This document shows positions 53,362 to 64,000 of a stretch of DNA of 64,000 nucleotides, one piece after another. The notes under the pieces were generated by a model that was given only the letters and a program-made list of their open reading frames with translations, had not been told where the DNA came from and made no database searches. Source of the stretch: Macrostomum lignano (lineage: Eukaryota); contig NIVC01003251.1 in the NCBI GenBank assembly GCA_002269645.1, positions 1-64,000 on the forward strand. Reading direction: 5' to 3'. The first letter of the stretch is position 1, and every line of letters begins with the position of its first letter. Both the position numbers and the translations under genes were made by a program.

Positions 53362-54923
53362 TTGTCTAACGCATACCGTTCGTGCCCGCCTGCGCCATCT
53401 TTTTAACTGGCCGGACCAATCCACTCTGCTTAGTCTACTTTAAGTGCTGAGCTGGGTGGGGCCTTTTAAGCTAAAGTTCTTCGACTTTGACCTCATTGTA
53501 AGCAATAGTTTAAATGGACATAGTGCTATAGGCGCCAGCACCAAGGAGACGTGGAGACGAAGCCCTAGTTTGTACGAGCGTATCTTCGTTTCGTCGACTT
53601 TTGCCAAGCCTAAATGTGCGCACCTTGAAGTAAGCGTTCCTTACAGAGAAGCTTGACTTTACAGTTCAACAGTCGACATATCGTGCGTAAATGAAAAGTA
53701 GCTTGTAATTACAGCACAAACAAATTATTTACTTTAAAAAATATCCTTACGATGCATTGCTCTTCTCTGATTGGACTATGCGGAATACAACTGGAAGTCA
53801 CCGCGCTGGCATCGTGGAGCATCAGAAGTGACTCACCCGTGCAAAATTCCGTCGTCCGCCGATGTATCTGACATACGCGACGTCGGACACGTCGACTGAA
53901 TCTCGGCGTAATTTAAAAGTGCTTGTTGGCCATCAAGCTTGTTGGGCTTGTTGGACAGTGGCTGCCTCGATAGGTGACCCAAGCCGAAATCAGTTGTGGA
54001 GCTGCATGTACTTACCACAGCAAACAAAGCTTAGCTTTGTATTTTTTAATCATTTTTATCGTTTATTCATCGTTAGGCATGCAAATTCAACTGTCTTGGG
54101 GGTTGGCCTTCAAGGGCGTTAATTACAGAGCCAAGCCGAGATACCAAACTAGCTATAGTCTCAAATTAATGTGACTGCACTTGAAATCGAGCCTTGGCCA
54201 ACCACTGGACTACGGCCCCATCGGGCCCCAATTACGGCCCCAAATTTTACATTCCTTACAGAACCAAATTACCTGCTTATAATAGTTGCACGCAAAGATA
54301 CAGAAGATTACTCTTCTGGCTATTCTTCAGATAATCGCACTCAGTGATCCATTGAAAAGCGTTAATTATTTGTTTTTACCTTCAAAGTACATTCGCGAAC
54401 TTTTCGACATGGAAAGCGTCAGTTTATTTCATGAGAACTTTAAACTGAATAACGAATATTTTACGCAATTTTAAGGGATTCACAGTGTTGTGTCAAACTT
54501 TCTGGTTAGCAAAATATAGCTATACTATACTAAATATACCTGTTAATTCATTGTCTCTTCTTATATGCAATTGTCAGATAGTAGCTATAGCCGTAAATAG
54601 AACTGGATAAACGTACCAACATACAATATTAATTAGAACAATTCATTAAAAAGTGTACATATAGTAGGTACTGATAATAAAAAATAGTTAAAACAAACTT
54701 GTTTAACACTGGATAATTACAACCTATAGTAAAATCTTTTAGCAATATAAGTACGTAAAAACAATCAAGTTACAGAGAACTGACCTCTCAACCAAAGCTT
54801 AAGTTACTAATTTTTTAGGACGCATTAAATAAAAGTACATGTTTTTTAAAAAGGTCTTGCGTAGTTTACCTGATTAAATGTTTTTACCGTGATTATAAAT
54901 AAGTAATCGATTTACACGTGATA

Positions 54924-57900
54924 TCAACGCCTCTCAACAAGTTGAATCAACCGATCCAACTTTGCTTCAACGTCGTTGATCTGCTTGCGTCGACGTTTTG
55001 ACTGCAGCTTCAGGTTGACGAGCTTTGCTTCGATGCCGGTCGAGTCCGACCGCTTTGAAGTTGCCGCCGATCGAGTCCGGCCCAGCGAATCGATGCCTCG
55101 CTTTACAGCCGCGAAGTTGTTGTCGGCGCGAGCCTGCACTCCGTCCGGGTCGCTGTCGGCGTCCACAATCCCACGAGTCAGATATCTTCGACCGAACCGT
55201 CGGAACTGCTTGGCTTGAAACTTCAGGAACTGGGTGTACACTTTCGGATAATCAGTCTGACTGTACCACCAGTTCTGCAAGGCAAGGGCCAACATTTAAG
55301 TTAAACAGGCTAAATGCATCTTAATTAATAGTGTGTGCTCAAACGTTCATTTAGTATGCAGCAGAGAGAAACAGAGAGCGGATAAACAATAGCTTTCAAA
55401 TAGTTTAAAAAGCTCTTCTTACCTGTTTAAGAGCAATCCATAGTTTACATATTAGCTACAATAGAATCTTGCGCTGCTACGTATGCAGAGAAAATTTTGT
55501 ATTACCACTTCAAAAGTCTCTTGCTTCTCTTGAAGATGACAATATCAGACACGCGTCTACTGGTTTGTGGAAAGTATATATCGGCAATGCAAAAAGCTTG
55601 CACGCGGCAGGTAAAGGAAGTATAGCATAGAATTTCTGCTCAGCCTAGCTAATGGGTGTATTTTAGCCTTAAGGCAAGCCAATTGAAGAAGTCTAGGTGT
55701 CAGAGACCCGTCCTGGCAACATCATCTGGGTTCGAGTTCACTTTTGACAGCGGAAAACAAAGTTGAGTTTGGAGGTGTTAGAGAGTGTTAAAGGATGAAT
55801 ATACATTTTAAATGCTTTAAAAAGCGACTGACACTTACCGTGCTCTTACTGTAATGCTCGACATTTTGTAGTGCATCGCGAAATGACCAGTAAATGTAGA
55901 AAAGTCCGACGAAAGTCGCATAAATCACATAGATTGGTGACGGGACGGCGCACATCCGGTTGCACTCAACCAGCATGTCGAAGTACATTCTTCTCCAGAC
56001 TATCTTGGACTTGCTGGCAATTTTGCTCACTCTCAGGCTGAACAATGCAATCAGCAGATTAACCATGACGATGTTAACCAGCAGAAGGAATACAAACATG
56101 AAGCAGTTGTAGAACGCATCACTGCCTTGGTCATAGGCCATGGAGCCGATTTCATACCCAGTAAGGTTGGTACTGTTCACGCTATTAAATTTAATCTCGT
56201 CGAAATTTGTGAACATTAGCTTCAAGGGAAGCGTAAACACCTGGACAAGCGACAGCCAGTAGTTCGCTCCCGCTGGAACAGGGAACAGCAAGTGAAAGAA
56301 GAAAATCCCGAAGGAATATATCACAATCAGAATTATTGACAGAAACGGTAGCAGGTCCAGAAGTAGCAGTTGAACCAGCATCATAACCATGGGCCCCGTC
56401 TTCTCAAAGAATGTCAAAAGTGAAATCAGACGAATTCCCCAAATTAGGAAGCTGGCAGCTGTGAGCATTCTACCGGAGTAGTCTTTATAAAGCAGAACGC
56501 CTAGAAAACCAACAAAAAAAGAGGCCGCACTGGCCAATTCTAGCCAAGAGAGTGCTCTGTTGGTGCTCGAGAAGGGCAGGGAAGACCTGAATATTACACG
56601 AAAAGCCAACTTGAAATGATTTGAAATTCCATAGACAGCGAAGGCTGACTTTGACTTAGCTGCAGGGCTGTCCCGGAGGGGACACAGCGGGAAGGCGCGG
56701 GCGCCCATTCCGCTAGTCCCTGAAGACAGCGAAGGCATACATCAAAACTTGATCGTAAATATACGTATTACTAGACAATGAATAAGCTTCATTCCGTATC
56801 GGAATTCCAATACTAAATAAAGACAGCAAGATTAAAGCTAACACATCAGACGCGCAGTACGAATAAAACTTTGCACGTGGTGAAGCGGCTGGATATCTCT
56901 CTAGCCAAATAATACCGACACCACTCTTAACGTCTTCATCGTTGGGCAGCAGATCCCTAGTCAGACTGCTGTGCCGGTTCTTCCATTCCGTGTCGGCCAG
57001 CTTGGTCATGCACTCACTGACAAACAGCTCATCACAATCAGCTTCCAGCAGCAGTCGCACAGTTGTGCACGGCTCAATAGCATCCTTCTTAGTCTCGTCA
57101 AGCATGCCCGACGTCGGGTGCACACAGGTGAACTGCGGGCCGCTACTTTTTGGCTCCATCCGGCCACAAATATAGTCGAAGAGCAGTTGCTGCTCATAGG
57201 CGCTGGCATTGCGAAACATTTCATCAAGAGCGTTGAATGCAATGCATTTGAGCTTCTGTCTCAGTTCCTTAATCTCCTCGCGCTGCTCAGGAATCTCCTT
57301 CAACTTTCGCTTGAGCTCAGTTAGTACTTTCAGGCATGTAGGAATTAGCTCGAACTGTCTCGTGAGCACTAGGTCCGGTATGATCTTGAATTTATTGAGA
57401 AACAACGCTGTCTCAATGATGGACATCTCTGTTGCCTGAGTAAGATTTTCAGGATGTAAAATCGATGCAGCCAAGTACTCAGTTTCCAGGCTGATGAAGC
57501 CCATGCTTATTGCACTACGCAGAATCTCAGGCGCGTCAAGTTCAATAGAAGTGACAAGAAGGTTTACACCTGAGAGTGCTCTCTGATGTTGCTTAGGGAC
57601 ACTCGCTGATACACTGACGGAGCTCAGAACTCTGTTGGCCGTCTCCCTATCAGGCAGATCCAATGCTCGCTTCGGCAAGTCCAGAAGTCTCAGCAGGTTT
57701 GTCTTTCTCCCGCCACTGCTCAGAAATGCTTTCTCAACTGCGCCATCCTTTCCACTGTTGCAGGCAAAGTCGATCGGTGTGAGTCCGTCATGGGTCGGTG
57801 AGGACAGCGACAAGCCCTTTTCAATGAGAAACTTGATGTTGCCCTCATGACCTGCTTGACACGCAAAGTGAAGACAAGAAGCTCCTCTGTGAGTTCCTGA

Positions 57901-60252
57901 CGAGACTGTCAGTGACAGCAGTTGGGATGCTTCGATGCCAGATAAGCAGGCAAGTGGCTCAACAAAGTCTTTCAAGCGGTACCTGGTGGCAGCGAGATGA
58001 ACCGCATGCGTCCCACTTGAGCTGTGAAGCATTGCCTTGATCAGCTTTCAAACATTGTTGGTGTCCACGGCCGCTTCTAAAATTTGCTTCAACAAGTTCT
58101 CTCGAATTTTGCACACTTGGAGACAAGTCTTACCAATGCTGTTCTCAGTTCCCGGATTTACTCCGGCTTTGGCAATGAGCTTCAGCGATTTGATGAAGGC
58201 TTCTATGCCGCTAGTTGCCGTAGTGTTCATGAAGAGTGCGTGCATCAGGGTGTTGCCGTCAGCGTCAACGCGAGTCATTTCATCGCTTGTTTTGAAAGGC
58301 TCGAGTGCAGCCACGTTCCAGTTGAAGCTCGCATAGAAAAGCGGGTTTCTCCCTGATGCGTCCAAGGATTTCAAGGACTTATCGAGTTCGCCAGGGAAAT
58401 TTTCCTTCAAGAAATTGTAAGACTTGACGTTCGCAAAAGCAAGGTGCACCACTGTTTGTTGTTTGTTATTTCGCCAGAAGATGCAGTCACTCGCGAGCTT
58501 CTTCACAGCGGCATCAGTGAAAGTGAGCATGCCCCGGGAGATAGCGAGATGCAATACTGTGTTGCCTGCGTCATCTGCGGCTTTGAGAACAGCAACCCTG
58601 GCAGCTGGTAGCAGCTCCAATAGAGTGGCCTCATCTTCACGGTGTGCCAAGCAATGCAGCACTGTCTGACCCAGTTTGTTCTGCTTCAACAGGCCTTCTG
58701 AGCCAGAAATCCTGAGTGCAGTGAGAAGTGCTTCTGAACAGTCTGTCCTATGGGCCATGTAGTGCATGCACGTGTTTCCAGAAGTGTCCTGCAAGCTGAC
58801 GCATGCGGTATTCATTGCATTCAGCAGTCGCAACAGCACGCTTGGCTGGCAGTGCACCGACGCCAGATGTAATGCCGTCTCTGACTTGTTGTTTAACCAG
58901 CAGGGGCATCTGAGATTTCTCAGCAGTGCTGCTTTATGCTTATCTAACATGGCGTTTTTCATAGCCTGCCTCTCAGCGTACTCAAGGACAGCTAACATTG
59001 CGTTATCATTATTTTCGTTCATAGCGGCATAGTGCATCCACGTGTTTCCATCCCAATCAACCAGGCCAAACCTTTGGGCAACTTCCGGGTTTAAAGGCAA
59101 CTCTGAAGACAACCTGAGCATTTGTTTTATGGTATCTACTCTGCAGTTTTGAAGCACCAGCTGCAACACCGATTGATTTTTGTTATTTTTCCACCGAAAA
59201 CTCTTTGGAAAAAACTCAACAGCCCGAAGTACAGCCTCGTCTGCACCTCGCATGGCAGCATAGTGAATGCTGGAGTTTCCCTGTTGGTCTTTCGTTTTAA
59301 GATGCTTCGTGAGACAGCCACTGCGTGTGTGACCAATCTCTAATAAAGCCGGTATTCTCTCTGGACTGAACTTCTCAATCGACATGTGCAGCATTGTTTG
59401 TCCAGCGGAGTTCGGAGCAAACAGATCACTGCAACTGGTGGGTGTTGAGTCAACCAGCAGACTCAGCACGTCCTGGTGCTCTATGTTTGAGGCGGCATAG
59501 TGCGCTATGGTGTTTCTGCGTGACGTCTTCAGCATCTTGAGCAGTTTGGAAACCATTTCACCACCATCTATGATGTCAGAGAGGATTTTTCTCACGGTGC
59601 CAGTAGAATGGCAACCAAGCGAGAGGTGGAGCGGCGTGACCGCCTTGTAGTCGTCTTTGAGCAGAGCTTGAGACCCGAACAGCCCCAGAATGTGCAGCAA
59701 TGTGGACTCTCCATCGGTGCTCATCGCTGCATAGTGAGCTGCAGTTCGTCTGCTTTTATCGTGAACATGCTGACCCGAAAAGTCATTGGGTATTTGCATG
59801 AGCAGTTCATTGGCTTCTGAGAATCTACCAACTTTTGTCAAACGAATAATTCTTCTCATAAAGTCCTTCTCTGCACACTCTTTGAGCACCTCTACGGCCT
59901 TGTGCGAAGTGTCTGTTGAATCTTGATAGTCGCTTGAAGAATCCTCACGACAATTCATAGTAGTGCCATCTTCTTGGTCCAACTCGGCTTCTGAGTCGCT
60001 ACTGTCGCAGTCCAGTTGAAGGACGGCATCGGATTTTACATGCAGACCAGATTGATGAAGTTCAGTGGGTTTCGGCAGCTGTGCTTCATCATCTTCACCG
60101 TCTCGCTGATGGAACTGGGCTGACGACTTTTTTTCAGCGAGGCTTTGCTCGGTAGAGCTGCCGCCAACGAAGCTCGCATCGACGTCTACAATTGTCAACT
60201 CCCTGACGTTGTGGCTGCCGTCACTGCTTCCACTTGATATCTCATCCGTCAT
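54924..60252 (-). pseudogene. Ankyrin-repeat TRP cation channel with TRPM-type core; disrupted by TGA at 58050-58048 and a LINE fragment at 56646-56723
   Basis: Large exon 60252-55839 reads ...AVDTNNV*KLIKAMLHSS... in one frame. It carries ~17-18 ankyrin repeats, an MHR4-like region, TM helices (GPMVMMLVQLLLLDLLPF; LLVNIVMVNLLIALF) and a TRP-box-like VWRRMYF..VPSPIYVI. Phase-0 donor after 55839; last exon 55274-54924 ends in a coiled coil. Extra small exons are not excluded. Confidence 0.85.
56646..56723 (-). mobile_element. 78-bp 5'-truncated copy of the LOA LINE 3' end
   Basis: Matches ~41342-41415 apart from one substitution and a shorter tail; flanked by 13-bp TSD AGACAGCGAAGGC (56633-56645, 56724-56736). 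Confidence 0.95.
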
Positions 60253-60807
60253 CCTTTGTTAATGGTGGGACGGCTCTCTGCGACGATCTGTCAATTCAAG
60301 GTTTTATAAAATTTTCATTGGCTTTTTACGATACAGACATATATAACCTTGCTTACCATGTCATTCCATAAAGGAAGATACTACAGACAGGCTAAAAAAT
60401 TTCGGGAAAACTTAAATTAAGCCCACAATACTTCAAAGTAGTCCATGCAGCATTTATGCCGATGGTGAACTTACGATGGTGAACTTAACGGATGACGACG
60501 TTATACTGTACGTCGGCCAAACGTCGGTGTGGTGTAAAATTTGCCATTTCCAGCGACGTTGATAGACGTCAGATTGCTGAACGAGAATGATCTTGTTTTA
60601 ATGTTTCTATTACTGCCACAAGTGCTATCTTTAAAATGACAATTAAATCCGTAGAATAGTGTGTCTGCCCCCCCCCCTTTTAATAGAAGGCGTGGCTGTC
60701 ACATGAGTTCAAAGCACATTTTTGAAGTTTAACGTGTCACCTAAGAACTGTTTTGAGCAGAAAGTAAAGAATACTAGCATTTTAAACAGTGCTGTATATT
60801 TGTGTTG

Positions 60808-63023
60808 TGATGTAACCACGCTCTGGTCGCGGGATAGGGCATGGGAACTTTTTCGAAAGTGCCTCCTATCCCGTGCACCCTCTGCACAGAGCTGTCGAGA
60901 CTCGGCCAGGTCTCCGACCGGGCCTGGAGACTCCCGCTCTGCTGCACCCCTCCTGCTGCCTTGGTCCCGTCTCTCCTGCCGCCACACCTGCCTTTCCGGA
61001 GCCCCTACCCCTTTCTGTACCTCCCCCTCTACCCTATCTCTTCTGTTCCCGCCCTATTCTTCCTGTACTTTCTCTACCTCCTCCCTTTTTTTGTCTCCCT
61101 CTGCACTCTTTTCCTGCGCTGTCCCCTCTTTCCCTGTGTCTACTTACAGTACTTTGTGTGCTCACCGTCTCCCCATCCCCTCTCAAACTCCCAAACGGTG
61201 ACGCAAGTCGTGTGACCCCTTCTCCCCCTCGGTGACTCATCGATGACTCATCCCCCTCTCTTGCGCAACCTTTTCTCACGCTATTGTTCTCCTTCCCAAA
61301 TTTCTCATGTGACACCCACCCCACCTCCGCTTCTATTGTTCTCGTTTTTGCTTCTTTTGTTCTCTCGACCCCCACCAATTATCACATTTTCTCCGATTTT
61401 CTCTTTCTTTTGTTCTCGTTTTCGCACCTAATTATCACCTTTTCTCCAATGTTTACTTTTCCATTGTTCTCAGTTTTCCCCAATTATCCCCGATTTCCAA
61501 TTCCTTTGTTCTCGACCCCAGCCCTATTGTTCTCAATGTTTGCTTGCGCAACACTTTCGCGACCACCCGCTGCGCCAATTATCCCCCCACCCCACCTCCG
61601 GATTGCGCAATTTCCCGATTTCTCATGTTGCTATGCCGGTCTCATGCTTCTCATCATGACTCATTCTGACGTCATTCTGCCGGCAGCCAATCAGAGAGAG
61701 GGAGCCATGGTAACGACCTTGAGGAGGCGGCTGTGAGGTCTATAAAAGGAAGCGATTTCGGCATGAGAATACTCAACTGAGTTTATCTCTGTTCCTCTCC
61801 TCGTCCTTCTTGGACTTGCTGTCAGATTGAGTTCTGACCCATTCGTCTATAAGACGAATCCCTGCCGGCCCGCGGTCTGTTACCGCCAAGTTATCCTTAG
61901 CTCCCCAAGTGAGCTCGCCTATCGGCCAGCGGTCTGATACCGCCCAGCATCATCAGCATCGCCTGATCTACATCAGCGCCTCGTCGCTCCAGCGCATCGC
62001 CGCTTCACCGTCTGCCTGACTGCAGCCTACAGCCGCCCTCGGTCACTCCGTCTCTCTCTCTCTCTGTGCAGCTGCCGGTAAGTTCCTGCTACTAATTTGT
62101 GCTCTAATTGCCTTTGCTTATCCGGGGTTTGCCTATTTTCCATTGTCTGATTAGAGAGCTGAGCCAATTGTGATACCGTATCTTTTGCTGTATTTTACTC
62201 AATAGTGAAGCTGCCTAATTGCCTGCTTATTTGCCTAAGGGCCTAATTATTAACTATTAACTAACTTCATCATTATTCAATCTTTCACCATCATTTCACT
62301 CATGGCTTGCTAAGCCTTTCTCCCGGGTGGCAAAGCATAAGGAAGTTTGGGTAAGCTAATGGCCTCTCCCCGTGCACAGCCCGCCTGTGAGTGCGTGCTG
62401 CGGGGCCGCGTGTGCGTGCAGTAGAGGGATTAGCGAGTCTTGGCACAGAATGGCAGTAGGAAGGTTGCAACCCCATGCTAACGCGTCCCTTCGCCCTGAG
62501 CAATCTAAACTGTAGACAGTACATGTTCGCCTCATACTACTCTTAGTAATCAAAGTCGCAAGTCAGCCTCGCTCACAGCCACAAAGGATCCCCTGCTGAG
62601 AAATCCTCCAGGATTGAGCCCAGAGTTCCCGATCATGCCCCAAGCAGAGTCCCTGTACTCGGCTGCATGCGTCTCCCCTGTCAGCCTAAATCCCCTGGTA
62701 ACCAATCCAGGCGGGGCTCTAGCCTCGAGAGGTCTGGTAGAAAGATCCAGGTGCGCCAGGTCACATAGAGTGGTGGCAGCCACTCGGTCATACTATGACC
62801 GAGTGACCAACTATTGCACCTTGGCTACAGGTGGGGTCCATGTGGGTCCTTGGCCCTCTGGTCACGAAGCGCTACCAAAGCTACTAATCATGTGGGCGGG
62901 ACAGTCTGGTGCTGGAGGTCCGTCAGGTCATTGCCCGGTCATAGGCAGCCTACGGTCATTGCCCCCTCTAGCCACGCGTTCGTCTCTCTACGGAGCGGAC
63001 AGGCGACAAGGGCGGTTACATCA
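60808..63023 (+). mobile_element. Solo-LTR-like element (Gypsy-type), 2,216 bp
   Basis: Termini TGATGTAACC...GGTTACATCA form a perfect 10-bp inverted repeat (TG...CA) with 4-bp TSD GTTG (60804-60807, 63024-63027). No coding domains seen. Confidence 0.75.
61687..61748 (+). promoter_or_regulatory. CCAAT box (61687) and TATAAAA (61741) within the solo-LTR-like element
   Basis: Canonical motifs ~50 bp apart; candidate splice donor GGTAAGT near 62078. Confidence 0.55.
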
Positions 63024-64000
63024 GTTGTAACAAGGACCACTTTAGTAGAAGGGCAGTGGTCCTTGTGTTGTACATGTGTGCATGAAAGCTATTTGGCATC
63101 ATTTGCACTCGCATATGTTCTTCAGCATTATTTTAGAGGTTACATACAGTAACTGCGTGGCTTACTTAATGCTCATAAACTTTTTTTTAAGTCACAGAAC
63201 TATACCTGTTGCGAACCGAGTCAAATTAGCTCGTAATAAGCACCCCGGGCTACAAAGCTTGCGACTAAACTAATCCCCATGCACAAAGCCACACGCTAGC
63301 AACCAGAACCGTAAGCACGTATAAAACGGTAGTTTATTTCAAAACCATTATACGTAATCTTACCGGAAGTTTATCGTAGTTCTTGTACTCGTAAAGTGAG
63401 TTAAATGCCCCCTAAAAAGAGTGATTGAAAGAGAAATCTTGCGCACCGACTGTTGTGCTTTTGTTTTTGCTCCAAAAGCTAGCTAAGGACAAGTGTGATA
63501 TGCAGTGCTTATTTTATGCAGATGCACTGAATGCAGAATATCAGATAGCTTCTATTTTTACTGCCAAACTGAAACTGCAGCGATGCAGTGTTTTGGGGTT
63601 GCAGTGCTGATGGAGAGAGATTTTTTTAGTTGCATAGTGCAGCCCTTCATCAGTAAAGCATCAACCTGTTTATCTTATTATGCTCAACTGCATGAATGAG
63701 TCCTTTTTTCATTGCATTGTACACTTCTAGATTCGAAAAACACTTGATACGCCGTACGCGCAGCAGTACAGCAGTTCTGTACTCTCCACTTTCAGATGCA
63801 TTCTCACGGCTCAATTCCATGCTTATCATAGTAGCGGAGGAATAAATTGGTATAAGATTATTTAGTGTGGATTCGCACTTGCGCAATAAACCTGTCTGAA
63901 TTTCTACAAGAGCCAAAGTGCAACAGAGTGGCACGGCTGTGGCGACTGGCAAGCTTAAACATTTATTCGACAACCTTCTGTACTTTAGCAGAGAGGTGCC

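Noticed and set aside
55400-55600. Possible extra small TRP exons (GTAAG donor near 55421)
   Set aside because: The candidate acceptors tried give stops in the required phase, and a direct phase-0 splice 55839->55274 already works. Unresolved without RNA data.
62300-63152. ORFs inside the solo-LTR-like element as integrase or tyrosine recombinase remnants
   Set aside because: They are short and no catalytic motifs were recognised in the frames inspected.

Overview
This is eukaryotic, intron-containing, repeat-rich animal DNA. The GC-rich codons, poly-Q/poly-A tracts and dense minisatellites resemble a free-living flatworm such as Macrostomum, but that is an inference. From left to right the window holds: satellite arrays with an interstitial (TTAGGG)n; a head-to-head inverted pair of DM9-repeat lectin genes (one pseudogene, one intact) separated by a 15-bp TGATAA minisatellite; several more minisatellites and a CORE-like SINE; a 4-exon RNF38/44-like RING-H2 gene with an unexplained 227-aa ORF nested in its last intron; two tandem GPI-type alkaline phosphatase genes whose introns are filled with different tandem repeats; three paralogues of a secreted PAN/apple + F-type-lectin-like family, split by a full-length LOA-clade LINE with a 13-bp TSD; an internally deleted piggyBac; a ~1,600-codon TRP channel gene that joins ~17-18 ankyrin repeats to a TRPM-type MHR4/pore/coiled-coil module and is broken by a nonsense codon and a 78-bp 3' fragment of the same LINE family; and a 2.2-kb solo-LTR-like element with a 4-bp TSD. 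Most ORFs in the supplied track are artefacts of tandem repeats or antisense frames. All gene models were built by eye from splice signals and frame continuity; no searches were run.
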